A DNA stretch of 63,075 nt, the filler included, from Rhabdomonas costata (taxonomy: Eukaryota), in the NCBI GenBank assembly GCA_019059605.1. It is 40 parts of 40 records of this genome, joined end to end, with 100 filler letters (N's around TTAATTAATTAA, not from the genome) between each part and the next. Parts side by side here need not be neighbours in the genome. Positions count along the whole stretch, not along the records: positions 22,125 to 23,604 come from JAHMHO010014866.1; positions 23,705 to 25,184 come from JAHMHO010014867.1; positions 25,285 to 26,762 come from JAHMHO010014868.1; positions 26,863 to 28,342 come from JAHMHO010014869.1; positions 28,443 to 29,921 come from JAHMHO010014870.1; positions 30,022 to 31,501 come from JAHMHO010014871.1; positions 31,602 to 33,079 come from JAHMHO010014872.1; positions 33,180 to 34,659 come from JAHMHO010014873.1; 32 more parts are not named here. One strand, given 5' to 3'. The position numbers and the translations under genes are program-made. Position 1 is the first letter of the stretch. Each line of letters opens with the position of its first letter. Below are positions 23,198 to 37,816 of the stretch, in pieces. The notes below the pieces were generated by a model. It did no database searches and was not told where the DNA came from. It saw nothing but the letters and a program-made list of their open reading frames with translations.

Positions 23198-25284
23198 GTT
23201 GTCTCTTCCCACGTGCACGCCTTAATATTTTCCCTTTTTTTATTCACGCCCCTTCGCGACTGTATTGTATCGACACCCAGAGCGCAGCTATTTACTCTCG
23301 TACGTCGATTGCATGGGAGTTTATTTGGACGAATTCAGACATATTCTGACAGTTTTTCTTTCGCAGAAAATGTTGAAAAACGGTCATAATTCCGGGAGCA
23401 TTGAAAAGAAAAGCGAAGAAAAAAAACGGGAAAAAAATCCTCCTCTAGTCCTTCCTTGGCCTCCGATGACTTTGGGACAGAACCTGCTGTCGGTTAGCGG
23501 AGTAAGTTCTTTCAAAATACTGGTGTCTTGCCTTTGTGTGTGTGTGCGCATTTCGCCAGCTGTAGATCCAATACTGAATTGTTATAATGTGATTCCCTCC
23601 AACCNNNNNNNNNNNNNNNNNNNNNNNNNNNNNNNNNNNNNNNNNNNNTTAATTAATTAANNNNNNNNNNNNNNNNNNNNNNNNNNNNNNNNNNNNNNNN
23701 NNNNTGTGGGTGTGTTTGGGGTTTGGTTTACCTTGGAAGGGCTGCTGATAGAAACAGGAAAAACGGGTTGAAAGAAGATTTTTTTGTTGATAAAGATAAT
23801 GCAGGAAAAGTGAACTTTTGACGTCTGAAATGGTTTGGAGATTTCGGGATCGGGCGAGATTGGTTTGGAAGGGTGGGGAAGACTTCCTTTGCAGCACGCC
23901 TCGTTTTGTTGCACTGAATAAGCGCGGATGGAGTGGGCCTCTGTGTTTGTATTGTGATTTGCTATATGCCGGTTTTCCTGAAACGAAAAGGTACGTGACC
24001 AGTTTTTAGGGGTTCGAGGTTCCACGGACGAAGAGAACTACCTCCGCCGGGAATTGGAGGTCGCGGCCATATTACCGCCCGCGGATGACGGCTCTAAGGC
24101 CGGGGGCACCGCTCCCTGCTCACCGGTTTCTTCCTCGGTCCACGGGCAGTGCAGCATTGCAGACTGACTTTTCTCAGAACGATTCTTGCTGTCCTGCCAA
24201 AAACAACAGAGTCATCTTTTATCCCTTGCCCCACCCCCCTCTCTCCCTCCACGTGCTTTGTGACATGCTTTGCGACGTTACCTCTCTTTGCGGCCGTGAC
24301 GCGCCCTGTGTGATCCCCATGCTTGCCATCGCTGCCAGGGAGTGCAAAGGGCACATTCCTCCGCACCACGGAGCGAAACTGCTACAGACTAATTCGTCAG
24401 GACTCCCCCTCCCCCTCCACCGGTTCTGCCACCAACCATCTCCAACTCACGTCAAACCAACGATATCAGAACATCCAGCGTGCAATCTCACATCCGATGC
24501 ATTTTCGGGGGTTAAACCGTTTAACAACATTATACTATAGCAAGAGAGCTTGGGCACCTCAGGTTCCTCTCAAAATTGCATGTTTTCGTTGTGTGTCGTC
24601 ACGCAACATCCAAATCCAACAACTGGTCGGGTCTAAGTCATGGTGTCCTGCGGTGTCCTGTGCATATGATTTCTGTTTGCCTGCCCCGTGGACACTGACA
24701 CCCCGCCTATTGGGGCATGCCTGGAGACTTTTCTGTGCGTCGGCTCGTTTGCTGTTCTGCGATTCAAATGAGGGGCGTATAAATGTTCTGCAAGTGAGAG
24801 TGTCTCCTCCCCCTTTCGCCTTGCGCAGTTGCTGTAATAGAATGCTGCGTTTACCTTTCGATGGGTTGCGAAGTACAGACAGCTAAAGGTGGTCCCAACC
24901 CCACCACACCCCAATGTCTCAACTGGTGCGCCTCCTCCGCCACCAGGAGCGGGAGCTCGAGAACCGCGAGCAGTCTTTCCAGAATTACTTCCAGCCCTAT
25001 GGGTTGCAACGGGCCCCTCCGCACACCCGAGTGCCAGGGCTGGGGTGGCTGTTTCCCCCACGAACCCGACAGCCTCATTCGGTGCTGCCTGAAAACTCTC
25101 TACGTTTTTTCTTCGTCCCGAGGACAGATGCCCCCACGCCAAATGCACTGCAAAGGGAGGACCATCAGACTTTACAACCCACAANNNNNNNNNNNNNNNN
25201 NNNNNNNNNNNNNNNNNNNNNNNNNNNNTTAATTAATTAANNNNNNNNNNNNNNNNNNNNNNNNNNNNNNNNNNNNNNNNNNNN

Positions 25285-25799
25285 TTGAACTCCTTTGCTG
25301 CTTCGCGGAGCAAGTTGTGCCTTGCGCAGGTGCCGCAGGAGGGCGCCGCAAGAGCGTGGTTTCACGTTGTTCTGTCTGGCGCTACAGCCTTCAAAGCGAA
25401 AGAAAAGGTACAGTAAAGTGGGACCGTGGGGCCTCGTGGGGAAGGGTTGAATATCGCAGTTGTACCGGGCCCTACAGCAGGGGTACCATGGCCAAAAGAG
25501 GGGTACAACGATAGGGGCACACTCCGCAAAAGAGGAGGTTGGGTGCAGGGGATGCAGCACCACAGACACGTCTACAACCCGGGGAGCGGAGTCGCAGAAC
25601 TCCGAGAGGTGCACATCAATCCTAAAACCACCGTCCGGAAGAGGACCTTCGAAGCGAGGTTTGCTTCCCCGATTGAACTCCTTTGCTGCTTCGCGGAGCA
25701 AGTTGTGCCTTGCGCAGGTGCCGCAGGAGGGCGCCGCAAGAGCGTGGTTTCACGTTGTTCTGTCTGGCGCTACAGCCTTCAAAGCGAAAGAAACGGTAC
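25285..25799. repeat. 127-bp direct repeat (25285-25411 and 25673-25799), offset 388 nt
   Basis: 121 identical bases, one mismatch, then ggtac; first copy starts exactly at the contig start. Confidence 0.9.
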
Positions 25800-26562
25800 G
25801 CCCACCCGGAAACGCGCACGGGCCTGAAGCTCTCCAGATGTGAAGGTGGTGCCACCGTCGTGATCCAGGGGCAGGTTGATAGCCCGGGAACTCCCGCATG
25901 CCCGACGTAAAGCGAGCAAACAAGAGCTTTATCGGAAAAGGTATGAAGGCATGAAAATCGCTTTAGCTTCTTCATTCTTTACGTTGAACGTTTGGAGGGG
26001 CACCCCCTTGTCAGCCATCAACGGGAACCAACTCTCTTCTACAAGCGTCTTCTTCTTCGCAGAATTTGTCTTTTACATTCTGATGACAATGGTTGACTGT
26101 CCAACTCTCTTCAGCTTTATCTCCACCCAGATTCTCTCCAAGAGAAGGATAAACTGCTTTCAGATCCGATGTCATCGCTTTCCATTTTTCAAGCCCTGCC
26201 GTGCTTCGTGCAACAACTCACGCTGAGGATGCTCTTGGCCGATGTCCCTGTTTCTGCTGCTTGCGGGCTTTCTGACGGAGACAGCGCGTTTTTCTCTTCC
26301 GCGCGTTGGAACTCTTTTTGTAAAGAGAACGAGCTTGCATTCAAGTCTCCTGTGGACCTCCGACTGTGGGTTTCAGTCCAAGGAAAGGGTGATTTCAAAC
26401 TCAACCCAGCTTTCCGCAGTGGTTTATTTCAGGGTCTTGGTGGCGTCGAATGGCTTAATAGCAGCTCCACGTCCCCTGAATCAGTCCCAACCACGTCGAA
26501 CCCAGAAGTTATGCAGCCTCCTCTGAAGAAGCGAGCCAGTTCAAGCCAGCAGTGGGATCGGC

Positions 26563-26756
26563 TGGTAGAGTTTGGCTGGTTCCAGTGGGAAAACGTACTC
26601 CATTACATTCTTGGATCTGGTGATAAAGACGTTTCCGTTGGAGTAGTTCGCCTGCTGCAAGCTGCAGGCGAACTACTCCAACGGAAACGTCTTTATCACC
26701 AGATCCAAGAATGTAATGGAGTACGTTTTCCCACTGGGACCACCCAAACTCTACCA
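26563..26756. repeat. 93-bp inverted repeat at contig end (probable fold-back)
   Basis: 26563-26655 versus 26664-26756, 8-nt loop, two mismatches near the distal end. Confidence 0.9.
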
Positions 26757-27872
26757 ACCAACNNNNNNNNNNNNNNNNNNNNNNNNNNNNNNNNNNNNNN
26801 NNNNNNTTAATTAATTAANNNNNNNNNNNNNNNNNNNNNNNNNNNNNNNNNNNNNNNNNNNNGGGTGTGGTCTATGATTCTTTCATTCCGGTCGGAACCT
26901 TTTTCGCACACTTGTGCAACACACTTTGTTAGATCGTAAGCATCCTTGGCCACCAGCGCCCCGGGGGACCCCGCAGGGACCCCGTTGGTCGACAACAAGC
27001 CCCGTGTGAGACCACCCAGTTTGGGCTCGCGGCGATCAATGCCACTGAAAGACTGAAGGTTTCAAAGGGCCACTAAGCTATACGCCATAATACGCCTTAT
27101 TCGCGTTTCCGCATATTCAAGGTTTTGTGAGGAGTGATTACGTCACATATCGTCGGTAGCTAATTGCCAATCAATCCACAATGCTCCAAAAAGTCCTTAA
27201 GGTGACGACCCACAAGGCGAAAAATGCCATGTGGTTTGCTTTTCGCCGTTCCAGCTTGTCAGCTCGACACAAGGCTAATGAAATGTCCAGCGTCAAAGTT
27301 CGCAGACCTTTCAGTTGTTTGTGCTAGAGTCAGCGCTCACATCGGTATTTGTCGCCACGCACCTGAAAACTCTAAATTCGCAAACTAAAAAAATTCGGAC
27401 ACTAACCCAGAAACTCTTGCCTTGTATAGTAGTTCGGCAGAGAGGATCCCTACCCAGCGTGCACCACCAACACTGAACTGAAAAATACAGAAAAAACAAT
27501 ACATGGAACGTTCCACAGGATTCCAGAGCTGCTGCTGCTGCTGCTGTGGTGCACAGCAAAGAAAACACACTGGAAGGGACGAGGGGAGTGCACAGAAGAC
27601 TTTCGTGGCGGGAGGGAACTGGCAGCGGAACAGGCGGGATCCCACATGTTCCGCCCGAACCAGTCTAATTAACTGAGAGTGACACCCGTATAGTGTGGTG
27701 TCACCAGACTTACATGCAGAACAAGCGATGGCGCCAATGATACACGACAAGCAGGAGGCCTGAACGCAAGCGGACGGAGGCCCAAGGCACTCCGACAACT
27801 ACGAGCCCCACGCCCCAAACACTTGGCGACTTCCACAAGAAAGAAGACGAAAGGGGCAAAGGAATGAACAGG

Positions 27873-28337
27873 CTACTCAGCAGTCAATGCCAGCGTGCTG
27901 CAGAGCAGCCCTGGTGACGAAGGCTCGCTGCGCGGATCGCGGGTATCCAGAAGTAAAGCGGGAGGCCCACGGGCGCTAACTGCACCGTTCGGAGTCTCAG
28001 TGTCTACGTACACTAAAGTGACCTTATCAGCAGTCCTCGGAAAGTTCCTTTCCACGCCGCGAACTCGAAATTGCGACAGCGGGGAGAACAGAACTTCGTC
28101 CTCGCTGGGGTAATAGCTCAGCGGGGCAACGTAGGGCACCACGGCGTTCTCAATAATAAAGTGAGTGGCAAAGCTGGCGGAATGAAAGGCTCGAATGGCT
28201 GCGAGGCTGCCTTCTTTTTTCAAGATGACTTCCCTGACCTCAGGATGAAGCGACATTGACATATCCTCTTCATCCACCTCATTCTTCACGCCGAAGACCA
28301 CCTCGAAGGCATAGCTCGTGCCCTCAATCTGACCCAC
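27873..28337 (-). CDS. C-terminal part of an R-S-E-clade mono-ADP-ribosyltransferase domain protein
   Basis: 154-codon open frame with VAPLSYYPSEDEVLFSPLSQFRVRGV, the ARTT-loop S.YP.E.EVL..P...F.V motif. R and STS motifs would lie off-contig. Confidence 0.7.
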   Translation of the reverse strand: MGQIEGTSYAFEVVFGVKNEVDEEDMSMSLHPEVREVILKKEGSLAAIRAFHSASFATHFIIENAVVPYVAPLSYYPSEDEVLFSPLSQFRVRGVERNFPRTADKVTLVYVDTETPNGAVSARGPPALLLDTRDPRSEPSSPGLLCSTLALTAE

Positions 28338-28500
28338 ACCCCNNNNNNNNNNNNNNNNNNNNNNNNNNNNNNNNNNNNNNNNNNNNTTAATTAATTAANN
28401 NNNNNNNNNNNNNNNNNNNNNNNNNNNNNNNNNNNNNNNNNNCCGCGGAAGCATCTTCAAAAAGCATTATAGACGCGCGATTCGCGAGGGCGGGGAGCGG

Positions 28501-29915
28501 TCAGAGGTCTGATGCCACCTCCATCCCCATTTCCTTGACGTCAGCGATAAACTGCGTTGGCTCCACAAAGAGGGCCTGGCGATGCACCCCAGGTCGGCGC
28601 GGACCAAGCAGATACTGCCGCAGGCAGGCCACCACGGGAACCGCAGTGAACACAAACCCATCCTCGTGAGAGAGGGTTAGATGGACCTCTCTGAAGGCAA
28701 ACGCACCGCAGCTTTAACATAAGGGTATTGAAAAGCAGAGAGCAGAAAAAATTTATGAGTGCGAGGATCTGGTTTTCTAAAAAAAAAACACAAGCAAAAT
28801 GCCACAGGGCCTTTTTTGCGCGACGGCCGAAACAGACAGAACACATTCATTTCGATCTCAGGTCAAACGTCCCTCTTGCACTTGGATGGTATTTGTCCCG
28901 GTGGGCAAGTGGAAGAGAAATCCTAAGTCAGGGAACAATTCAGCTCAAACAGCAATTAACAGTTCACCACCTGTTTCACGGTTCAACTCACGACTCCGCT
29001 TTCTAATTTTCATCATCCGCAGGAGCTGTGGGGGGCTAGCGTTAGCCGTCCATTCAAGGAGCGCTAGGACGGGGACAATGCACAAGATTTTGCATGCGCT
29101 ATTCTTTCCCATGTGCTGGGCGCAAACGACGCGAACGTGACCATTCGAGAAAAGAGAGGAGAGTGAGGGATCACGAAACTATACAAATAATATGAGAAAT
29201 CACAGCCTGGAGAGACCAATTGTTCAGCATCACGAAGCAAATAACAAGGAAGGAAGCGACGAGCGACCACACAAATTCAGAAAGGGCAACACTAATTTTC
29301 AAAGAAGCCCAAACACGGTCCGCGACCTTTTTCATTTATTAATCGTGTTTCATAAAGCAGGTTCAGTTTCCCGCATTCCCCTCACTCTCCGTCGGCAAAA
29401 AGAAAATTGGGGCGGGGCATGGAGCCTGTCTCTTCTATCACACCTGTGGAGCTCCTGGGTCCCCACAGGGGGCTCCACAGTGCCCGCCAGCACGCACACC
29501 ATGCGGTACGGGGGCCTGCAGAACCTCTTCATGCCCCAGAACAGCAGGTTGCCAGCGGGCTGGGCCAACCGCCTGCCCACACAGGGATATCGTGGTCACC
29601 ATTCCACTCAGGAACAAATTTTAATCACCACACATTGAATGCACTTCGGCGAAACGATTGACCTACAGTGTCTTACTCTTCGGTTCTGATGGCGTGGTTG
29701 TGCAGAACATCGTTTGAGACTCACTGAAAACAACCCAGGAAGCAGTCACGACAACAGCAGCATTCACGCCGAGGCTCACCATCGCGAATGGAAGCCCCAA
29801 TAAAAACACACAATCTGAATGACAATGTCAAGACCCCCCCCCGAACCACCTGGACACCCATGTCGCGGCCGCCGCCGCGGGCATCAGCAGGTAATCCACG
29901 ACCCAGTGGAACCCC
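28501..29915 (-). CDS. C-terminus of a saccharopine-dehydrogenase-like oxidoreductase (bacterial-type), exons ~29915-29850, 29572-29444, 28690-28501
   Basis: Two phase-2 GT-AG introns join to GFHWVVDYLLMPAAAAATWVSRRLAQPAGNLLFWGMKRFCRPPYRMVCV...REVHLTLSHEDGFVFTAVPVVACLRQYLLGPRRPGVHRQALFVEPTQFIADVKEMGMEVASDL*. Gene model is solid; family call is from recall. Confidence 0.6.
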
Positions 29916-31407
29916 ACACAANNNNNNNNNNNNNNNNNNNNNNNNNNNNNNNNNNNNNNNNNNNNTTAATTAATTAANNNNNNNNNNNNNNNNNNNNNNN
30001 NNNNNNNNNNNNNNNNNNNNNTTTGTTGGGTCTGTCACCAAAACTGATGAATGAAAAGGAAGGGAGGGACTTGGGGTTTCATAACGTTGTGCACGGCGCG
30101 CGAAAAACCTACTACGGATAGAGAAGTCGACCCCGCCCCCAGAAAAAGTAACCCTCACCCATTCACTCAAAAGTCAATCAACGTATGTGTACAACTCTTA
30201 CCAGTTCGGCTGAAGTTACTTTTTTTTGGCGGCAACTTCTCAAGTCAAGGTCCAACGTCCATCGTCTCGCACACAGAACAGCAATGCAGGGCGAAACGAA
30301 AGCGATCGGAGAGATGGAGTGGAAGAATGTAAGCGAGTTAAGGAAGCATGAAGAAGCGAGCTGGGTGGTAGTGCTGGTGGGATTAAGTGAGTACGGGGGG
30401 GGGGGGAATGGAGGGCACCACAATTTGAAGAGAAGACAAGAAAACCATCTAAACCGCGACATGATGCCCCATATATACTACCCAGAAGCAACCCAAAAGC
30501 ACCTGAGCGGGCATCCCTAAATAATAAGGGATGGCACGTTTTTATACCCTCCCCTCCAGTCGCCTTATGGATGAATGCCAACTTTTTGTCCAATAACCTT
30601 TCCCAACGTAATCTTTCCGGGTTGCTTGGTAATGGATGTCCGATTGCCTCAGAATTAATAGGCAACCACCAATCCGATGCAATATATCCTCCACCGCAGA
30701 AATAGGCTCTTGTCCTGATGTTCAACCTTGCATCATGTGTTTTGTGGGTGTATTGCATGGGATTTCAATTGTATTCGAGCAGCGACTATCGGCATTTGCA
30801 ACTTTGGGAGGGTGGGGGTGCACCACTTGCCTTGTTTTTGGTTTCCTTGTTCTCTTTAATGATCGTTAGTGATCGCTTTTCCATCCCCACTTTCATTTTG
30901 TCCTGCAATCACAAATACGCAACCCTCCATGCGTTGCTTCAAATCTTTTCTTTCTCATCGTTGTTGCACCCCTCCCTCTCTTTCCGTTTGCCTTCACGCC
31001 GCTATTCTGTGCGCCAGACATTGAACGATCTGCGACATCTCAATGCAGGAGCGGTAGGCGCCATGAAAATGAATAGCAAAGGTGAAATAAAAATTTAGCT
31101 GGAATTTAATTGCACTTTTTTATTCTCATATCCACGGAGTAGAAAGTTTGAGTTTCCTGTTAGATGGGGATGGGGATTTCACCTGAAGGTGGGAATACTT
31201 TCTCCAACGGTATTTTGACAGTGCCCTGCAAATGGGTTTGCTGCGCATTGCAAAGGTTGGGAAGCCCCCCCCCCGGTTCTCAAAGTGGAAAATGGAAAAA
31301 CTCTCCAAAGCAAAGAATTGCACACACTCCAAAACACAATTGGGTGGTCCCAAGGTGCGTGTGCCCCATTTCTGTTTTCTGGGGTTCTGGGATTCGGGGT
31401 GCCACAG

Positions 31408-31496
31408 CTTTGATCGGCTGGTGTTGAACCGCTTCCTGCAGAGCCAGCAGGAGTTCCGGTGGTGTATGGCGAGCGCCAGCTGTGGCTCTGGCCAGC
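31408..31496 (+). CDS. Exon start of an RBR E3 ubiquitin ligase IBR domain
   Basis: CAG| then FDRLVLNRFLQSQQEFRWCMASASCGSGQ (F.WC....CGSGQ IBR pattern); truncated by contig end. Confidence 0.65.
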
Positions 31497-31712
31497 ACCA
31501 CNNNNNNNNNNNNNNNNNNNNNNNNNNNNNNNNNNNNNNNNNNNNTTAATTAATTAANNNNNNNNNNNNNNNNNNNNNNNNNNNNNNNNNNNNNNNNNNN
31601 NTGTGTTTTTTATTTTTAAAAGTCCAGATTTGGGTGGAAGGATGTATGATGTATGATATGGCATCACTTACTCGGGAATGGTGCATGGGAGGGGTACGGT
31701 GGGTCGCTGCAG

Positions 31713-32432
31713 AGAGGTGGACCACAGCAGGAGACGCTCTCCCGCGGAGCCGACGCGAACTCGCCGTGCAGCGGGGCGGTAGGGGTGGTGGTGCACCTCC
31801 AGGTAGGTCGTCTGCTCCCCCCCTCTCCCCGCCCTGTGGCCCATCCTCCCACGTTACTGGTTTGGTGGTGGTGCTGGAAGCAGCTTGTGAGGATTGATCC
31901 ATTGATCAGTTGGAAAAGCAGCACTTATCGGGTTGTTTGTAGTTAGATGATTGGTGCTGGTGACCGCGTACATGGATCAAGGGAGGGATCTTCGCACTCT
32001 CCCTAAGCCGTCTTACTTTTTCGCAGCAGAGGACGGTGGAGAGTGCCACAGAGACCACTGCCACGCTGCTCCCCTCTGCCGCGGATTTTGGGGTGCAGTG
32101 CAGCGTACTTGCCGCGGAGTCTCCAGCCGCGCCAAAGTCTCTCCTTTGCCCCCCTCCCTCACCCTGCGCGTTCGTGACGCAAAATTATGCCTCTTTCGCT
32201 TTTTGTTATGTCGCAAAACCCCTTGCCGCTTTCTCCACTCCACTTTGAGGTGATGGCATGTTCTCTACTGCAGAGCAAGCAGGTCCTTCTTCCATTCTTG
32301 TCACCCCTTATGCTGTTATTTCTATTCTCTTGTTTTTCCATCTCTTATTTTCTCGCTTGCTTCTTCAGGGCAACCGGCGCTGTGGGAGCGACACCCCCTG
32401 CCGGGATCGGTCTGAATCCTGTGGAGTCACAG
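31713..32432 (+). CDS. Possible low-complexity multi-exon fragment
   Basis: GC-rich segments with CAG acceptors (31712, 32026) and strong donors (CAG|GTAGGT 31802, CAG|GTATGC 32432); no domain recognised. Confidence 0.25.
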
Positions 32433-33507
32433 GTATGCTTCCGCACTCTGCAGGTTTTCACCCCTATCTGGGGTTTTGGCAAGAATCTTTTTGTGAATGG
32501 CGCAAACAAATGATCACGTTCAGTGGAGCGCGTTGCACTGTTGTATCACTATCGTGGGTTTACACCCTTGCTTTATCCCACCCCCCTCTCTCACTCTCTG
32601 CTTGTTTTTGGGTGGAACTTGTTTCCCATCATCAGTTTTGAGTCAGTCATTTGTTGAAAACCCCCGCCACCCGCCAGTGTTGTAGATCCACAGAGAGCCT
32701 GGGGCACTGCGGAAGGAGGGATTGGTTCCGAGGCATTTGTTCCCCATCGTCGGTCTATTCAATGGTGGAATTGCCAGAAGGAAACGGAATAGGAATAATT
32801 TTTTTTTTCGACAAACGGTCGATACTCTGCGAGAGTTATCTGGTTCTGTTCTCCAAGTAGCTCCGCGGTGGCCACCCATAGCCACATACCACGCCAATTT
32901 ACAACCACGCCCGTCCCACTCATCACTCACCGGCGTTTTCCTTTTCGACCCGAGGGAGTAATCATTGGGGCGAAGGCATACATGCATGCTGGCTATGCAG
33001 GCTGCCGAGGGATTTCCTGCGGCCCCGACAATTACAGCACCCTCACCCTCCATCGCGACCGCCACCGTGGCCACCAACANNNNNNNNNNNNNNNNNNNNN
33101 NNNNNNNNNNNNNNNNNNNNNNNTTAATTAATTAANNNNNNNNNNNNNNNNNNNNNNNNNNNNNNNNNNNNNNNNNNNNCAACAAGCCCAAGGAGGTCTT
33201 TCGCGCACGCAGCAGTGTGTGGTAGGAGGCGGGTTGATGCCCGGGGACATCTGCCTGCCGTTTTGGGTGGGTCTCGAGAAATCCTGCACACACGCATACA
33301 CACACAAGAGGCAACACCCAACTGGCTGTTGCGTGCTGAATGGACCTGAATGGACCATGGACGCCCTTGGATCGTATAGGGTCCCGCATGGAATTCAGTG
33401 GCTTGCTGGATCTGGTGTGCTGTGGTGCAGTGGTGCGGAAGCCATTCGACGGCAACCTCAGTTTAGTGGAGGGTTGGTAGGGTTGGTGTGCGGGTGGGCT
33501 TGCACAG

Positions 33508-34213
33508 GCCATCGACATGTACATCCACCAGCACGACTGGGTCAACGCGATGAGAGTCGCGGACACCTACGACCCCGAGTCAGTCACGGACATTCTCATC
33601 GCCCAGGCCCGAGTCTCCTTCGAGAACAAGGCACAGCCCTCTGCCGCCACTCCCTCATACTTCCCCGCAACGCTGGCCTGCACATGTACATTTTTGGGAA
33701 GCGAAAGAAGGGAGGGAAGATCCCGTCTGTGCTTTTCCGATCTTTTTCCCTTTCCGTGATTCACCACGACACCCACCGGCCCCATCCCGTTAGCCACCGT
33801 CAGCAAGAGGCTCGAAAGGCCGAGGGATGCGGACCGCTGCTTGGTCCTATCCTTTCGTATGAAAGTCCAGAAGGGAGTGTGGCAACTCTCTGCTCTTTTG
33901 GTTCAGAAGAGGCATTGCTGAACCAAGGGCGTCACACTGCAATGTGTTCATCGCAGCAATGTCGGTCATGGCTTGCCAGTGAGGTCTGGTGCCTGCGAGT
34001 TTTTTATTTGGCGTGGGTCGTAGGACTACGCCACGGCAGAGCAGTTCCTGCTGCGCGCGAACAAGCCCGAGATGTTGTTCAAGATCTACAAGGAGAGCAG
34101 GATGTGGGCCGACGCGCAGCGCGTGGCGCGCGAGCACTGCCCGAACCGGCTGCCCGAGGTCAACGAGGATTACGCCAGGCACCTCCAGGCCAACCTCACC
34201 GACGACGGCAAAG
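33508..34213 (+). CDS. IFT172: Intraflagellar transport protein 172 fragment, exons 33508-33630 and 34024-34213
   Basis: AIDMYIHQHDWVNAMRVADTYDPESVTDILIAQARVSFENK|DYATAEQFLLRANKPEMLFKIYKESRMWADAQRVAREHCP matches the IFT172 TPR-like region; phase-0 GC-AG intron. Confidence 0.92.
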
Positions 34214-36341
34214 GTTTGTGTGTGTGACCCTTCCCAGCAGCCATCCAAAGTTTCGCCACGGAACGAGACTTCGGCCATTGAAGCGCGCCGAGGCAACTTG
34301 TGTCCCCAACCACGCACCCGCGGGCCTCAATGTTCCACAGGGAAGTCCTGGTTGCTGGTTGGGGTGGAGCCAGCGTTGCCTTCAGTCTAACGCCTAATCG
34401 AGACCGGCGTGTAAGACCGTGAGATCCGAACCCTTCACACCCAGCTCAGGGTGTGTATGTGTGTGGTCCATGCCCCATCAAAAGTTGGGAGCCCAGGGGT
34501 GAAGTGGACCTCGAGTCCTCCCCAGAAAAATTCACCCTGGCCACGTGCACCTAAAGTGCATGCGTGTATTTGTGTCAGCGCTGCGTGGTGCGTGTCGGCT
34601 GAAGAGTCACAAATGAGAGGTTCTCAGAAGAGCCTGAGAGTCTGAGTTGACAGCGGGGCNNNNNNNNNNNNNNNNNNNNNNNNNNNNNNNNNNNNNNNNN
34701 NNNTTAATTAATTAANNNNNNNNNNNNNNNNNNNNNNNNNNNNNNNNNNNNNNNNNNNNGTTTGTTTTTGCGGATTAGGTGTTGAAGACAATCCGTTCAT
34801 GTGTCTTGCGATGTGTCGATGAGAGCAGAGTACGGAGAGCACGTGGGATGCAGGAAGGTTTGACAGGAACCCACACCAACCGCCGTGGTGGAGGAATGCG
34901 CCCGTGGCAGCTCGCAGATTTGTTCGCCCCAAGGTGGGCGCCGTCTATCGGTTCTACCCTTGTCAAGATTCATCCCGCTAGCCGCTATTCAATTGCAAAC
35001 ACGGTGACTTTCGTGTGGTTCGCGCGGTTCGGCTTGGCATCGAATTTGACTTATCAAGCAATATGCGCACGAGACGGCCGCCGACCTGGACGCCAAGGAT
35101 TGGAATGCGGTGTGGCCTGCATGACACGGCAGAATGCGTGTCCTAGGCTGGTCAGCCTATTCTTCCGAAGACAACGGACTGGAGGCCTCGGGGCATAAAC
35201 ACTTCCAAGCCTGACCCCCTGACACTTTTTACAGTGTGAATGGGCGGCAAACCACTTCTCATGATCATTCACGGTGAATCCCTTAGCTGATTATTGAATA
35301 TCGGCTTTGGAACCTCATATTCGTCAAACTGGACGAGAACGGTGCTTTCAACCGCCATAATAGAGACATTTGCCCCATCAATTTCTCCAAGGTGGATTCT
35401 CGGCGCCATCGCGTTTGAAAGTCATCTTTTTGTTTTTGGCCTGTATGGCAAAAGTGATGGTTTAGCACACACGTGTTTGGCCATTCAGCGGCGCATTCCT
35501 AGAGCACCCAGACCGTCAACTAATGTTCCGGGGCTTTGCTCGAACGATGGGTCTTCTGAGGCACCGGATTACACACACAATGCTACTTGTGCATGCCCTC
35601 CGGCGCATACCGCGGCTTATAACCTCTTGGGCTAGCTCCCGCACATAAGTATCACGTAGCAGGCGTTCCAGGCCATCACATCCATCACAATCCTGCAAGA
35701 TTCAGCTGGTCTAACGGCGCCATATGTTGGATAAGACAAAACGTTTAATGTTTTGCCACTAACTCAATTTGGAGGATTTATTTGTTTCAAAATGGTTCAT
35801 AACAGATAAACCCCATTTTACGTGAGTAGGAGCGTGTTGAAGCATAACTGCAAGGTTTGGGTTGCAAAACCAGATGTGTTGTGCTAGGTGTCTTCTCGGG
35901 CATTGTCTTTCCTTCTTTTTTAAAGAAGAAAAAAGCAGGATACCATGAAGTGTGCTGTTGAAAACCTTGTGATTATGTTCATGCGTTGCTTCCGCCCATA
36001 TTAAAACGTTCTGTTTTCTGCAACAATTTTCAGTTAAATTGATTTGCGTAACATGGCATTTGTGCCACAGTAACAATGGCAGCATGAAATAAGCCACACA
36101 AGCAAACAAACACACACGCACACAAATTGGACCCGAGGAGCCACAGTGTAGAATGCATTCAGAATCAAGTTAGCACATTTAATGGAGCACAGTGTATCCA
36201 GATTTAATGCGATGAACCGCGTTTTCTTTCAAACAACCCNNNNNNNNNNNNNNNNNNNNNNNNNNNNNNNNNNNNNNNNNNNNTTAATTAATTAANNNNN
36301 NNNNNNNNNNNNNNNNNNNNNNNNNNNNNNNNNNNNNNNGT

Positions 36342-37816
<1,475 letters not shown>

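Noticed and set aside
23705-23730. Telomeric repeats at contig ends
   Set aside because: G/T runs are aperiodic, not TTAGGG, and G-rich at 5' ends, opposite to telomere polarity.
33631-34023. Euglenid nonconventional intron (CAG at +4..+6)
   Set aside because: No CTG at -8..-6 and the ends are GC...AG, so a conventional GC-AG intron suffices.
33219-34397. 392-aa ORF, the longest in the track
   Set aside because: Runs across the IFT172 exons in a different frame and through their intron; spurious.
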